A DNA stretch of 52,494 nt from Nitrospinota bacterium (GTDB lineage: Bacteria > JADFOP01), in the NCBI GenBank assembly GCA_022562795.1, contig JADFOP010000010.1:1-52494 (forward strand), written 5' to 3'. The notes under the pieces were generated by a model. The model was not told the origin of the DNA. It was given only the letters and a program-made list of their open reading frames with translations, and searched no databases. Shown piece by piece: positions 22,229-33,116 of the stretch. Within the stretch, counting starts at the first letter, position 1. Each line of letters starts with the position of its first letter. Made by a program: the position numbers and the translations under genes.

Positions 22229-23239
22229 TCAGGCCTGAATCAGGTGTTCGGCGATCTGAACTGCATTGAGGGCAGCCCCTTTTCGGAGGTTATCGGCGAC
22301 GATCCACAGATCGAGGCCGTTTGCAATGGAGGGGTCTTCCCGAATGCGCCCTACGAATACCAAGTCCTGGCCGGCAACGTCAATGGCCAAGGGGTAGGAG
22401 TTAGAGGGGGGGTCATCTACGACCAAAACACCGGGCGCCCGCGAGAGGATTTCGCGGCACTGCTCGGCAGTCAACTTGTAGGCGGTCTCCAGGTTCACCG
22501 ACTCCGAATGGCCGTAAAAGACAGGCACGCGCGCGGCAGTGACGGTCACCCGAATGGAATCGTCCCCCATGATCTTCTTGGTTTCGTTAATGATCTTCAT
22601 CTCTTCTCCGGTGTAACCGCTTTCATGGAAGCTATCTATGTGGGGCAGTACGTTGAAGGCGATTTGGTGTGGATAGACGTGGCTTGTGGGTTTTTCGAAT
22701 TTCAATAGGGTGCGTACCTGTTGCTCCAGTTCCTCAACCGCCTTCTGGCCGGTTCCGCTCACCGACTGATACGAGGCGACCACCACTCGCTCGACCTTGG
22801 CGGCATCGTGGATGGGCTTCAGGATGACGACCATTTGGATGGTGGAGCAGTTGGGATTAGCGATCATCCCATTGTGGGTATTAATCGCTTCCGGGTTGAC
22901 TTCGGGGACGACAAGAGGAACTTCCGGCCTCATTCGAAACTCAGAGGAGTTGTCTATCACCACCGCCCCCGCCTCTACGGCTTTTGGCGCGAACTGCCGG
23001 CTGCGTTCGGCCCCGGCCGAGAAAAAGGCGATATCAACCCCCTCGAAGCTATCATCTGCGAGGAGTTCGACGTCAATTTCCTCACCACGGAAGGAACTCT
23101 GTTTGCCCACAGAGCGCTCCGAAGCCAGCACAATGAGCCGTTCCACCGGGAACTTCCGCTCCTCGAGTATTTTGATCAATTCTCGGCCGACGACCCCCGT
23201 GGCCCCTGCCACGGCCACTATGTATCCCTCGCTACTCAT
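22229..23239 (-). CDS. asd: Aspartate-semialdehyde dehydrogenase
   Basis: GATGVVG, DNSSEFR, ANPNCSTIQ, YQSVSGTG, DNLRKGAALN. Confidence 0.97.
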   Translation of the reverse strand: MSSEGYIVAVAGATGVVGRELIKILEERKFPVERLIVLASERSVGKQSSFRGEEIDVELLADDSFEGVDIAFFSAGAERSRQFAPKAVEAGAVVIDNSSEFRMRPEVPLVVPEVNPEAINTHNGMIANPNCSTIQMVVILKPIHDAAKVERVVVASYQSVSGTGQKAVEELEQQVRTLLKFEKPTSHVYPHQIAFNVLPHIDSFHESGYTGEEMKIINETKKIMGDDSIRVTVTAARVPVFYGHSESVNLETAYKLTAEQCREILSRAPGVLVVDDPPSNSYPLAIDVAGQDLVFVGRIREDPSIANGLDLWIVADNLRKGAALNAVQIAEHLIQA

Positions 23240-23265
23240 TCGCTCTATCCAACTTTCTTTTCACT

Positions 23266-24348
23266 TCAAACCTTAGCTCCATCTAGAAACTCTAATACCG
23301 CATCGCCCATGCCACGCGTGCCAACCAGCTTAGTGCCGGGCCTGAAGATATCGGCGGTCCGGTAGCCCTCGGCTATGACCGTTGAGACCGCCCGTTCGAT
23401 CATCTCCGCACCCTCGGCGCACTCAAGGATATGACGAAGGAGCATGGCCGCCGAGAGTATTGCCGCCAATGGGTTTGCCTTATCCTGGCCGGCGATGTCA
23501 GGGGCCGAGCCGTGCACGGGCTCGAACAGGCCCACCGAGCCGCCCAGGCTCGCCGAGGGGAGCATTCCGATAGAGCCGGTCAGCATGGCAGCCTCATCAG
23601 AGAGGATATCGCCGAAGAGGTTGCCCGTCACGATGACATCAAACTGCTTGGGGTCGCGCACAAGCTGCATGGCGCAGTTGTCCACGTACATGTGGGTGAG
23701 CTCCACGTCGGCGTATTCCTCGCCCACACGAGCGGCCACCCGTCTCCACAGGGCGCTCACCTCGAGGACGTTCGCCTTGTCCACGCTGCAGACCTTCCCT
23801 GAGCGACTCCGGGCAATCTCACAGGCGAGCCGGACAATCCGCTCGATCTCAAATGTCTCGTAGACCATCGTGCTATAAGCCCGCTCCCCCCCGTCTTTAG
23901 GTTCACACCCTTTGGGCTCGCCGAAGTAGATGCCACCGGTCAGCTCACGGATAATGAGAATGTCGAGGCCCTCTACGACCTCCCTTCGGAGCGGAGAGGC
24001 CTCCGCAAGATGAGAGAAGCAGGTGGCCGGCCGCAGGTTGGCGAAAAGCCCCAACTCCTTTCGGATGGCGAGGAGCCCCGCCTCCGGCCGGTTGGCCTTG
24101 GAGAAATCGTCCCACTTCGGCCCCCCGACGGCGCCGAGGAGCACGGCATCGGACGATCGGCACATCTCCAGCGTCTCGCCCGGCAACGGCTGGCCCGTCG
24201 CATCGATGGCCGCGCCACCGAACAGGGCCTCCTCGAAGTCGAGCTTCAGGCCGAGCTTGACGTTCACGGCCTTGAGGGCCCGAACGGCCTCCCTAACCAC
24301 ATCGGGACCGATCCCGTCGCCTGGAAGGAGGGCAATCCTGGCGCTCAT
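23266..24348 (-). CDS. leuB: 3-isopropylmalate dehydrogenase
   Basis: [48 protein letters not shown]; start placed at ATG 24348. Confidence 0.97.
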   Translation of the reverse strand: MSARIALLPGDGIGPDVVREAVRALKAVNVKLGLKLDFEEALFGGAAIDATGQPLPGETLEMCRSSDAVLLGAVGGPKWDDFSKANRPEAGLLAIRKELGLFANLRPATCFSHLAEASPLRREVVEGLDILIIRELTGGIYFGEPKGCEPKDGGERAYSTMVYETFEIERIVRLACEIARSRSGKVCSVDKANVLEVSALWRRVAARVGEEYADVELTHMYVDNCAMQLVRDPKQFDVIVTGNLFGDILSDEAAMLTGSIGMLPSASLGGSVGLFEPVHGSAPDIAGQDKANPLAAILSAAMLLRHILECAEGAEMIERAVSTVIAEGYRTADIFRPGTKLVGTRGMGDAVLEFLDGAKV

Positions 24349-24514
24349 GAGCTCGACCCCCGGAGCCATTGATTTTTGGCCACATAATTCATTCGACCAC
24401 TGCTCCTATCGTGTAAACCAAATAGCCAGCCAGGCTCCTACGATACTAACCGTCATCTTTGAAATCAACCCCCCTCGCACTGAGCCGAAGCCGCCCGAGA
24501 AAGGCCAGGAACCC

Positions 24515-24549
24515 TGCCAAAGCATTGACGCTGTTGCAAAATCTTGACA
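24515..24549. promoter_or_regulatory. Putative tandem enhancer-binding protein sites
   Basis: TGCCAAAGCATTGACG and TTGCAAAATCTTGACA, starts 19 bp apart, about 100 bp upstream of a sigma54 site. Confidence 0.5.
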
Positions 24550-24647
24550 CCTACCTACCTCCATCGCCCGAATTCAATCTGTCCCTAGAGCGAATAAACC
24601 TAATAATATTAAATTGTTAGATGAATTTACCATAAATGTCGTAGCAG

Positions 24648-24663
24648 TGGCACTCAAATTGCT
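24648..24663 (+). promoter_or_regulatory. sigma54 promoter of the CBS gene
   Basis: TGGCACTCAAATTGCT with correct -24/-12 spacing. Confidence 0.8.
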
Positions 24664-24722
24664 CTTATCCCCCTTAGCGGGGATATCCATAAGGGAGATT
24701 ACCCTGCGGCTGGAGGACTACC

Positions 24723-25274
24723 GTGATTAAGTTCGACCTCTTGGAATTGGATGAAGAGTTCCGGCAATATTGGGGAGAGCAGAAGGCGCAAAAGCTCCTA
24801 GATGCCGACACCCTGCTGGAGCCCCTCAAGAATCTGAGGCTTAACAATTCGGGGCTGGTCTGCGCCGAGGAGACGGACAGCGTAGCAGAAGCCGCCGCCC
24901 GGATGGGCGAGAAGCGAATTGGGTGCACTATCGTAGTCAGGAACGGTAAGGTCACCGGCATCTGTTCCGAAAGGGACATCATCCAGAAGGTCCTCTGCGC
25001 CAGGGCCGATCCATCAGCCGTCCGCGTAGGGGAGATTATGACGCCGGACCCAGAGTGCCTCCAGCCCGACGATGCCGTAGCCTTCGCCCTCCACCTGATG
25101 GACGTTGGCGGCTACCGCCACATTCCCCTGGTCAACGACGAGTACGAGCCGGTTGGCATCGTCTCGGTCAAAGACATCGTTGAGCATATCGTCGTCCACT
25201 TCCCAGAAGAGGTCTACAACCTTCCCCCGCAGCCCTTGCGCCGGGGCTGGGGCGGCTCCCGCGAAGGGGCGTAA
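24723..25274 (+). CDS. Tandem CBS-domain protein
   Basis: GICSERDI, VGEIMTPDP, RHIPLV, GIVSVKDI; GGAGG RBS before GTG. Confidence 0.9.
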   Translation: MIKFDLLELDEEFRQYWGEQKAQKLLDADTLLEPLKNLRLNNSGLVCAEETDSVAEAAARMGEKRIGCTIVVRNGKVTGICSERDIIQKVLCARADPSAVRVGEIMTPDPECLQPDDAVAFALHLMDVGGYRHIPLVNDEYEPVGIVSVKDIVEHIVVHFPEEVYNLPPQPLRRGWGGSREGA

Positions 25275-25527
25275 GAGCCGTTTCACAACCTGGACCAACC
25301 CGAGTTGGAAAAAGGCCCCAATCAACGTCCTGCTGATCAAGGTCCTCCCATCAGGCTCTCGCGTTGTTCTGGCCCCTGGCTTCCCGGACACTCGGACGGG
25401 GTGAAGGAAGCCAGCCGCCAGGGCCTCACCAGACCTTCTCATCGATAGCAAAAAAACGAGCAGCATATCGGCCCGTGCACCCAGAGGTCTTGCGAATAGC
25501 CTTGTAGTTTGGGAGAATAACGTCATT

Positions 25528-26931
25528 ATGGCCGAGACGCTTCTCGACAAGGTCTGGCGCGCCCACGAGGTCCGCACCCTCCCCTCAGGGCAGACCCAGC
25601 TCTTCATGGGCCTCCACCTCATCCACGAGGTGACGAGCCCGCAGGCCTTCCAGATGATACGGGAGGCGGGCCTGCCAGTACGCTTTCCGGATAGGACTTT
25701 CGCCACCATAGACCACATCGTTCCCACCGCCTCCCAGTTACGCCCATTCACGGACGCCCTGGCCGAGGAGATGACGGTCCACCTGGTCAGAAATTGTGAG
25801 GATTTCGGCATCCCTCTCTTCGATCTCGAAAGCGGCCGCCAGGGCATCGTCCACATAATTGGACCCGAACTGGGCCTTACCCAGCCGGGAATAACCATCG
25901 CCTGCGGCGACAGCCACACCTCCACCCACGGGGCCCTAGGAGCCCTCGCTTTTGGCATCGGGACGAGCCAAGTGCGGGACGTGCTTGCAACTCAATGCCT
26001 GGCGATTGCGAAACCCAAGCTCCGCCAAATCCTAATAGAGGGGAAGCTCCCTGCCGGCGTCTACGCCAAGGACGTGATCCTGACGATTATCCAGCGGCTG
26101 GGCGTCAAGGGTGGGGTGGGCTACGCCTACGAGTACGCCGGCTCCGCAGTTGAGGCGATGTCGATGGAGGAGCGCCTTACCATCTGCAACATGAGCATAG
26201 AGGGGGGCGCTCGGGTAGGGTATATGAGCCCCGACGAAACGACGTTCGATTACCTCAAGGGCCGCCCCTTCGCGCCGCAGGGCGAGGCTTTTGAGCGCGC
26301 GGTGGCCTGGTGGAAGAGCATTGCGACGGAGCCAGGCGCCAGCTTCGACGACGTGGTCGATTTCGATGGCGGGACCCTTCAGCCGATGGTCACTTGGGGT
26401 ATCAACCCGAGCCAATCCGTGGGTGTGGGCGAGGATATCCCGCACCCTGCCGACGCCCCCGAGGCCGACCGGGATACCTGGGAAGAGGCCCTCTCATTTA
26501 TGTCCTTCGAGCCGGGGCGGCCCATAGAGGCTACGCCCATCGATGTGGCGTTCATAGGCTCCTGCACAAACGCTCGGCTCTCAGACCTGCGCGCCGCCGC
26601 CGAGGTCGCCCGGGGGAGGAAGGTCGCAGAGGGCGTCCGAGCCCTCGTGGTCCCTGGCTCACAGGCCGTGGCCAAGGCGGCCGAGGCCGAGGGCCTCGAC
26701 GAGGTCTTCAAGGAGGCCGGGTTTGATTGGCGCATGGCAGGCTGCTCCATGTGTTTGGGCATGAACGAGGATAAGCTGAAAGGCCGTGAGGTCTGCGCCT
26801 CCTCCAGCAACCGGAATTTCAAGGGACGCCAGGGAAGCCCGACCGGCCGGACGCTGCTGATGAGCCCCGCCATGGTGGCCGCGGCGGCCGTCGCGGGCGA
26901 GGTCACCGACGTTCGGGAGATGCTCCGATGA
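25528..26931 (+). CDS. leuC: 3-isopropylmalate dehydratase large subunit
   Basis: [47 protein letters not shown]. Confidence 0.98.
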   Translation: MAETLLDKVWRAHEVRTLPSGQTQLFMGLHLIHEVTSPQAFQMIREAGLPVRFPDRTFATIDHIVPTASQLRPFTDALAEEMTVHLVRNCEDFGIPLFDLESGRQGIVHIIGPELGLTQPGITIACGDSHTSTHGALGALAFGIGTSQVRDVLATQCLAIAKPKLRQILIEGKLPAGVYAKDVILTIIQRLGVKGGVGYAYEYAGSAVEAMSMEERLTICNMSIEGGARVGYMSPDETTFDYLKGRPFAPQGEAFERAVAWWKSIATEPGASFDDVVDFDGGTLQPMVTWGINPSQSVGVGEDIPHPADAPEADRDTWEEALSFMSFEPGRPIEATPIDVAFIGSCTNARLSDLRAAAEVARGRKVAEGVRALVVPGSQAVAKAAEAEGLDEVFKEAGFDWRMAGCSMCLGMNEDKLKGREVCASSSNRNFKGRQGSPTGRTLLMSPAMVAAAAVAGEVTDVREMLR

Positions 26932-27524
26932 GCTCAGAGGCAGTCCGACGCCAGATAATCGGCCGCTGCATCCCCATGCCCGGCAACGACATAGACACCG
27001 ACCGGATAATCCCCGCCCGGTTCCTCAGAAGTGTAACGTTCGAGGGCCTTGAGGAGCACCTATTCGAAGACGACCGCCGCCAGGCGCCAGACCATCCCTT
27101 CAATCAAGAGTGCTACCGAGGGGCTTCGGTCCTTCTGGTCGGCCAGAACTTCGGGTGCGGCTCATCCCGAGAGCACGCCCCGGAGGGGCTTAGGCGCTGG
27201 GGGATCCGTGGGATCTTGGGCAGGTCGTTCGCAGAGATCTTCATCGGGAATTGCACCGCGATCGGCATCCCTTGTCTCGCCCTTGAGGCCGAGGCTCTGG
27301 ACTGGCTTATGGAGGCGGTCGAGAGGAGTCCGGACCAAGAGGTGGTGCTCGACGTGGAGAACCGACTGGTGCGCTTCGCCGATAGAGCCGTGCCTGCAAC
27401 GATTTCGGACGGCCACCACAATATGTTCTTGACCGGCACCTGGAACGCCACCCTCCTGCTCTTGGAGGCGGGAGATGAGATCGAACGGGTGGCAAATGGT
27501 CTCACCTACGTTTCCGGGTACTAA
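26928..27524 (+). CDS. leuD: 3-isopropylmalate dehydratase small subunit
   Basis: [25 protein letters not shown]. Confidence 0.97.
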   Translation: MSSEAVRRQIIGRCIPMPGNDIDTDRIIPARFLRSVTFEGLEEHLFEDDRRQAPDHPFNQECYRGASVLLVGQNFGCGSSREHAPEGLRRWGIRGILGRSFAEIFIGNCTAIGIPCLALEAEALDWLMEAVERSPDQEVVLDVENRLVRFADRAVPATISDGHHNMFLTGTWNATLLLLEAGDEIERVANGLTYVSGY

Positions 27525-27526
27525 TT

Positions 27527-27556
27527 CGGAAAATCGCGGAAAATCGCGGAAAATCG
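27527..27556. repeat. 10-bp tandem repeat (CGGAAAATCG)x3
   Basis: Three exact copies immediately after the leuD stop. Confidence 0.9.
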
Positions 27557-27680
27557 CCCCCGCCTGACCGGCCCAAACGGAACGGAAACCGTCCTGGAGT
27601 CGCATTTGCGCCTGGATTATGATGGACGGTCTTAGGAGTAAGCAGCGGGAGAGGGGATTTTGGCCGAGGGGTGTCTGGTA

Positions 27681-29351
27681 TTAATCAGCGCATGGTGACG
27701 AGTCGGCAAGGACGGGAATAGACTCGAAATCCATGACCATCTCCAGAAGCTCGTCGTAGGAGCAGCCTTGCTCGTGGGCTTGGAGGGCGCGGGCGAGGGT
27801 CACCGCCTCTTCGAAGCCGGCCCCCGTGGGCTTGATGATGCTCTGGACCTTGGCCACGGCCCTAAGCGTGAGGGCGTAGTCGCCGTTGGAGGAGCAACGC
27901 TCGTCGAGCTCGACCAAGGGATGGAGGAACTCTTGGATGTAGGAGTGGAAAATCCGCTCGGTGCGGCGCCGGGTTCCGCCGTACCCGCGTATCATCCCCC
28001 CCGCCTGGGCGACGACGCACGCCAGATCGTAGGACTTCTCAAGAAACGCTTTAATATGGTCTGTGTAGGCCTCTAAAAGCTGCTCTTCCTTCCACCTGCG
28101 CCAGGAGTAAGGCCTAAGCCACCTCAGGGCCGACATGCACTTTAGTACAACCATCCCTAACAACGAGGTCGTCTTTAGAGCGACCGAGAGTGAGCGCCGA
28201 GGGGCGTTGGGCTCTTCACCGGATGCTCCCTCAGTGGGCGGCCGGAACCAGTGGACGAGCTTGACGGGCAAGAGCCCGTAAAGCTCTTCCATCTCAGGCC
28301 GGAAATGCTCCCGCAGCCGATAGGGTTGCCCAGCCTGAATGCCGTGGTGGGCCTGAATGCGCTCGAACCGGCGGGGGTCGCTCTTGAGGGCGGCGACCCG
28401 GACAGGGTCCTCGTAGGTCATGAGGTTGGCGGTGTGGCGGGCATAAATCTGGGCGAGGCGGCCGCCTCGGTCGACGGACTTCTCCTCAATCCAGGGGGCC
28501 ACGACCCGGTCTAGGTAAGACTGTGCGTAGGCCTCGTCATGGTATTCGATAAGTCTGGCGCAGGCCACCTCGAGAATGAAGCCGAGCTCCTCGTTATCCT
28601 GAGGCGGCAGCTTCTCCATGAGACGACTGTGGGCCTCTTGCTGCTTGGGGCTGATGGCCGAGATATGATCACGAGCGGCGAGGGCATCGCTCTTGGGCAA
28701 AGAAGGCAGTCCCGCCAACACGTGGCGCAGGCCCGCCTCGAAGGCCCTAAGATTGAGGTCCGGAGCCACCCCGACGACCTTGATGGCAAGCCGGTAGGCT
28801 TCTTCCCGTATGGGCAAGGCTTTAGTAGCAGCCACGGCACCGATGAGGATGGCGTTTACGTGTCGTTCGGCCAACCCCTCAGCTCTCGCTAGAACCCTGG
28901 CATCGAATGTCACCACCCTTCCGGCTAGGCGCTCCAGCAGGGTAAGGATGGTGTCTTCGTCTTGCCGCTCGACGTAGGAGGGCATCTTCTCCAGGACGGT
29001 GTAGTCCCGATGGGTTGAGCCGATGACGGTGGTCTTGTCGGAACTGTACCCCGCCTCCACCGCCCGGCCCAGCTCCAGCATCTCGAGCCCGATGAGACAG
29101 CCGATCTCACCTGGGAACGGGGCCGGAGAGAGGATGGCGTCGTGGAGCTCGGAGTCGGCCAGCTCGGGCACTATCTCAACATAGTAGCTGGTCGCACCGC
29201 CCCGCTGGGACATGCCGGGGATGCCCACCGCGTGGGCCCGATAGTGCATCTGGCGAGCCGCCGCCAGGAGCCATTCGCTGAGGAGAGCTCCCCCCTGCCC
29301 GCCCACGGCGGATATGTAGACGGTGGTCACCTCAGGCGCTAACGCGGTCAT
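27681..29351 (-). CDS. iorB: Indolepyruvate:ferredoxin oxidoreductase beta subunit with C-terminal DUF6537-like extension
   Basis: AVGGQGG, PGMSQRGGATSYYVE, LMTYEDPVRVA, IRGYG; ATG 29351 overlaps the iorA stop. Confidence 0.85.
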   Translation of the reverse strand: MTALAPEVTTVYISAVGGQGGALLSEWLLAAARQMHYRAHAVGIPGMSQRGGATSYYVEIVPELADSELHDAILSPAPFPGEIGCLIGLEMLELGRAVEAGYSSDKTTVIGSTHRDYTVLEKMPSYVERQDEDTILTLLERLAGRVVTFDARVLARAEGLAERHVNAILIGAVAATKALPIREEAYRLAIKVVGVAPDLNLRAFEAGLRHVLAGLPSLPKSDALAARDHISAISPKQQEAHSRLMEKLPPQDNEELGFILEVACARLIEYHDEAYAQSYLDRVVAPWIEEKSVDRGGRLAQIYARHTANLMTYEDPVRVAALKSDPRRFERIQAHHGIQAGQPYRLREHFRPEMEELYGLLPVKLVHWFRPPTEGASGEEPNAPRRSLSVALKTTSLLGMVVLKCMSALRWLRPYSWRRWKEEQLLEAYTDHIKAFLEKSYDLACVVAQAGGMIRGYGGTRRRTERIFHSYIQEFLHPLVELDERCSSNGDYALTLRAVAKVQSIIKPTGAGFEEAVTLARALQAHEQGCSYDELLEMVMDFESIPVLADSSPCAD

Positions 29352-31504
29352 GAGGGCCCCCCGTCGGTCTCTTCGACTATGTCGGCCAACCCCACGACGG
29401 TCCGCCAAATTGAATGGCTCAGGCGCTCCCAACGAGTGGGGTTGCTCACAACGGTCACTTCGTAAAAGGAGGGGCAGAGCTTTGCCGCTACGGTTATCTC
29501 CCCACACAGCCCGCAGCCGGAGCAGCTAGTGTCCACCATGACGATGGAGTGCTCCCGCAACGGATTGGGGCTATCGGTCAGGGTGAGGGAGGGGCACCCG
29601 TTGAGACTGATGCACGAATGGTCGCCTGTGCAGAGGTCCGGGTCCACCCCGTACTGGGACTTGACCACCCGAAGGCCCTTGGTGAGGTCCTCGCGGACTC
29701 GACGTTCGTCGCGCCGACCTTTGATGAGCTGGCACTCAGCCCGGGACAATAGAACCCGGAGGCCGCCTTGGGGTTGGTCCAAAGCGGCACGGAAGGCGGC
29801 CAGGGAGTCATCGAGGTCGTACGGGTTCACCACCCGCGTCCACCGGACCCCGCACGCCTTCAGGGTGGCTTCGATATCCATCTCGGGGATGGGCTCGCCC
29901 CTGAAATTCATCCCCGTGCTAGGATTAGGTTGTCCGCCGGTCATGGCGATGTGAAAATTCTCAAAAATGACGAGGATGGCGTTGGTGTTGTTCTGGACGG
30001 CATTTATGATGCTGGTTGTGAGCCCCGAGTGCCAGAAGGTGCCATCGCCCATGAAGGAGATAATGGTCTCGTCGGTCAAACGGCTCAATGCCCCAGTGGT
30101 GGCCAGGCCCGATCCCATGGCGGTAATTGAATCGGTGAACTCAAAAGGAGGCAGGGCCGCAAGCGAGTAACAGCCTATGTCGTTCGCGTAGCGGAATTGG
30201 CCCCCCTCGGCCTCTAGGATTTTTAGAGCGGTAAAGATGGGCCGCTCCGGGCAGCCGGTGCAGAAGATGGGAGTCCTGGCAACCAGGGGCTCGGCCAGGT
30301 GATGGGCGGCGACGTCGCGCTGGGCGGCATGCCGCTCGAGGGTAGAGTCAATCCGCTCACGGACCTCGCCGACTGGAAAGAGCCGGGGGCCGAGGATTCT
30401 ACCAATGCGTTCCATGAGGGCTGAGGGCTGAAGCTCGCCTTCCAGGCCCAAGTCATCTTTCCCGATGAAGGTCACCTCTAAGCCAGCCTTTTGCACCACG
30501 CTCCGAATCTGGTCTTCCAAGATGGCGGGCCTGCCCTCCTCGATGATAATGACCTCTTCCTTTCCCTCAACGAACTCGATCAGCTCTTCGGGCACGAGCG
30601 GGTAGAGGGCCCGAAGCGCCAAAATGGGCACCTCCAGCTCGCGGGTGTGGCCGTTGAGCCCCAGCAGATGGAAGGAGCGGAACACCAGATTGGTGAGCGC
30701 CCCGTGCGTGATAATACCTACCTCTTCCCTTCGGCCGGTAAAGAGGCGATTCATGCGATTGCGACGGATGTAGTCCCGCGCGGCGGGAAGCCTCTCTTCC
30801 ACCTTCTCGCGCTCATGAACCATGGAACGGGGCGGCAGGGTGATGGCCTTAGGGTTCCGAATGCTCCGTGAGATGGGGTTCAGGGTGGAGATGGCCGGGG
30901 GGCGGTTCTCGTTGGCGACGAAGCTGCCCTTTAAGTTGCCCACCCGGGTGGGCAAGACATATAGGACGGGCATCCGGCTTGCCTCGGAGAGTTCGAAACC
31001 TTCCCTTACCATGCGGGCCATGTCTGCGGGGCTCGCGAGGGGCTCCAGGACGGGCATCCCCGATTTGAGTCCAAACGGAAGCGTTCGTTCGGCGATTGTA
31101 GTCCCCGTGCAGCCGTAGTCTTCACCCACGATAATAAGAGCTCCGCCCGTTACCCCGGAGGCGGCGACGTGGGCCAGGGGATCCGAGGCGACGTTGGTTC
31201 CAACTACCTTCCAGCACACAGCGCCCCGGATAGGGTGCGTGACTGAGGTGAGAAGCAAGGAGGCGGCGGAGGCCTCGTTGTTGGAGACTTCAAAGTAGAT
31301 GCCAAGGTCTTTGAGGACGGGCTGATAAGCGGCGGCGAAGAGATCGAGCAGATGCGCGACCGGGGAGCCGGGGTAGCCTCCAAGGTAACCCACCCCATTT
31401 TCCAGGAGAGCTTTCGTGAGAATGAGCGCCCCGTCGCCCTGGAGGGTTTGCCCCGGACCGAAGAGGAGCTGATCGATTGCTAGTCGGCCTTCGCCGGCAA
31501 TCAC
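29348..31504 (-). CDS. iorA: Indolepyruvate:ferredoxin oxidoreductase alpha subunit
   Basis: GGYPGSP, NEASA, FCTGCPERP, DIGC, TPP motif GDGTFWHSG...N, C-terminal Fe-S cysteines CTGDHSC/CSGCGLC. Confidence 0.92.
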   Translation of the reverse strand: MIAGEGRLAIDQLLFGPGQTLQGDGALILTKALLENGVGYLGGYPGSPVAHLLDLFAAAYQPVLKDLGIYFEVSNNEASAASLLLTSVTHPIRGAVCWKVVGTNVASDPLAHVAASGVTGGALIIVGEDYGCTGTTIAERTLPFGLKSGMPVLEPLASPADMARMVREGFELSEASRMPVLYVLPTRVGNLKGSFVANENRPPAISTLNPISRSIRNPKAITLPPRSMVHEREKVEERLPAARDYIRRNRMNRLFTGRREEVGIITHGALTNLVFRSFHLLGLNGHTRELEVPILALRALYPLVPEELIEFVEGKEEVIIIEEGRPAILEDQIRSVVQKAGLEVTFIGKDDLGLEGELQPSALMERIGRILGPRLFPVGEVRERIDSTLERHAAQRDVAAHHLAEPLVARTPIFCTGCPERPIFTALKILEAEGGQFRYANDIGCYSLAALPPFEFTDSITAMGSGLATTGALSRLTDETIISFMGDGTFWHSGLTTSIINAVQNNTNAILVIFENFHIAMTGGQPNPSTGMNFRGEPIPEMDIEATLKACGVRWTRVVNPYDLDDSLAAFRAALDQPQGGLRVLLSRAECQLIKGRRDERRVREDLTKGLRVVKSQYGVDPDLCTGDHSCISLNGCPSLTLTDSPNPLREHSIVMVDTSCSGCGLCGEITVAAKLCPSFYEVTVVSNPTRWERLSHSIWRTVVGLADIVEETDGGPS

Positions 31505-31906
31505 GAGATAACCCCCCTCCCATCACGAAGCTCGGCGAGGGCCCGCTCGTGAGGCGTCTCTGGGTATGGTTCGGAGATTGTGCGCATACCCATAAGGCGT
31601 CTCCCTATCTTGTTGCGCCCAGATCTACCAAGAAAACTGGCGGGTCACATTATCGCTGGGCCGGAAGCCGAAACGGCTTCAAAACTGAGCTACTCACCCC
31701 CGTCTATCGTTTACAAGGGAGGTAGCCCATGTGGGTTTCGCAACGGCAAACAGCCCCTAAGACGTGTAATTCTCTCAATGCGGTGCAGCCGAAATTACTT
31801 GACGGAATTATACTAGTATGGAGAAAAATGTCCAGAGGGAGAGGCGATTATTGTCAATAAAATATATTAGAGAAAAGGGGGATGGCGATCTTGAACAGGC
31901 CCCCCC

Positions 31907-32647
31907 CTAGGTCTTCAGGGGACTCTGCCAGCAGACTTTGCCCACAAAGAAAGGGCCCAGCGACTCAATATACTTGGCAGTTTGTTGGGTTTTTCTCATA
32001 TCCTGGACGAGGCGAGAGAGCGGATGGAGCTCAGGGCCTACCAGGCCCAGGACAAACTCATTGTCATTCTGGTCGAGCCCGAAACAGGCCAGACGAATAT
32101 CAAACGCATGGCCGCCCTGGGAGTAGGTTTTGCCAATCATCGCGTGCTCGCGGAGAATCTTTCCCTGCTCCACTTCAGTGAGTAAACCGAATTCTGGCCT
32201 CCGACGCAATGGGTACCAGATTGCCCAGGGCCACTCGGGGTTGAAGGCATAGCGCCGGGGCTTGACCAGCATCCAGTCTTCAAGATCGACCTCCCGGCCG
32301 GTCGAATAGGTTCTTCCTATCATCGTGAGTTCGGGCTTGCGCTGCAAAGACGAGAATGGCTCGCTGGCCAACACTGACCTCGCCTCGCCAACCAGGACGT
32401 CAGGGTCCTCAGTAATTACGAGCAGGCCAACGCCGAGCGGATCGTTCAGGTCGTGATACAACACGCCCTCTAGGCCGCTCTCGCTAAACGTCTCTTTCAG
32501 GCTCTCGGTATCGGCGCAATTCCCGAAGACGTGGAGCTGACAATAGAGCCGGCGGTCGAATTCTTGCGGAGCTCCATCACCTGGCGCTCCTACCTCTCCG
32601 AGCTCGGGATGGTCGGTCGCCGAGCGGGCCTGGGGGTCCGTCGCCAT
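31907..32647 (-). CDS. Chlorite dismutase/coproheme decarboxylase (ChdC/HemQ) family heme protein
   Basis: WYPLRR, proximal His EHAMIG, FGLDQNDNEF, LVQDMR, GPFFVG. Confidence 0.85.
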   Translation of the reverse strand: MATDPQARSATDHPELGEVGAPGDGAPQEFDRRLYCQLHVFGNCADTESLKETFSESGLEGVLYHDLNDPLGVGLLVITEDPDVLVGEARSVLASEPFSSLQRKPELTMIGRTYSTGREVDLEDWMLVKPRRYAFNPEWPWAIWYPLRRRPEFGLLTEVEQGKILREHAMIGKTYSQGGHAFDIRLACFGLDQNDNEFVLGLVGPELHPLSRLVQDMRKTQQTAKYIESLGPFFVGKVCWQSPLKT

Positions 32648-32795
32648 TGCTCACCTCCTGGAACTTTTCCCAAGGGTATCACTGGCGGGCGAGGCTGGCA
32701 AGATTATGGGTCACCCACCCTACCCTTTTACGAGCTGATACTAACCACCGGAAATTATTTACGATGTTGAGCTAATTAGGAGGTTTGAAGACGTC

Positions 32796-33110
32796 TTAGT
32801 CGATAGAGACGAGAATCTGGTCGCCTTCGACCTTGACCGGAAAGGTCTCCACAGGTTCGCACGCGGGCATTCTGGTTACAGCTCCGGTGCGTACGTTGAA
32901 GCGGGCCCCGTGCCTTGGGCACTCGATCTCATCATCCCCTATCAGGTCCCCCTCGACGAGAGGGCCCCCGTCGTGGGTGCAGACGTCCTGTATGGCGTAG
33001 TATGTACCGCCGAGGTTGAAGATTGCCAGGGGCTCGCCGTCGACCTCCACTAACTTCTTCTCTCCCGGGCCTATCTCATCGGTCTTGGCGACCTCGAAAT
33101 ACTCCCCCAT
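32796..33110 (-). CDS. Rieske-type [2Fe-2S] ferredoxin
   Basis: CTHDGG...ECPRHGARF. Confidence 0.93.
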   Translation of the reverse strand: MGEYFEVAKTDEIGPGEKKLVEVDGEPLAIFNLGGTYYAIQDVCTHDGGPLVEGDLIGDDEIECPRHGARFNVRTGAVTRMPACEPVETFPVKVEGDQILVSID

Positions 33111-33116
33111 TGCCTC

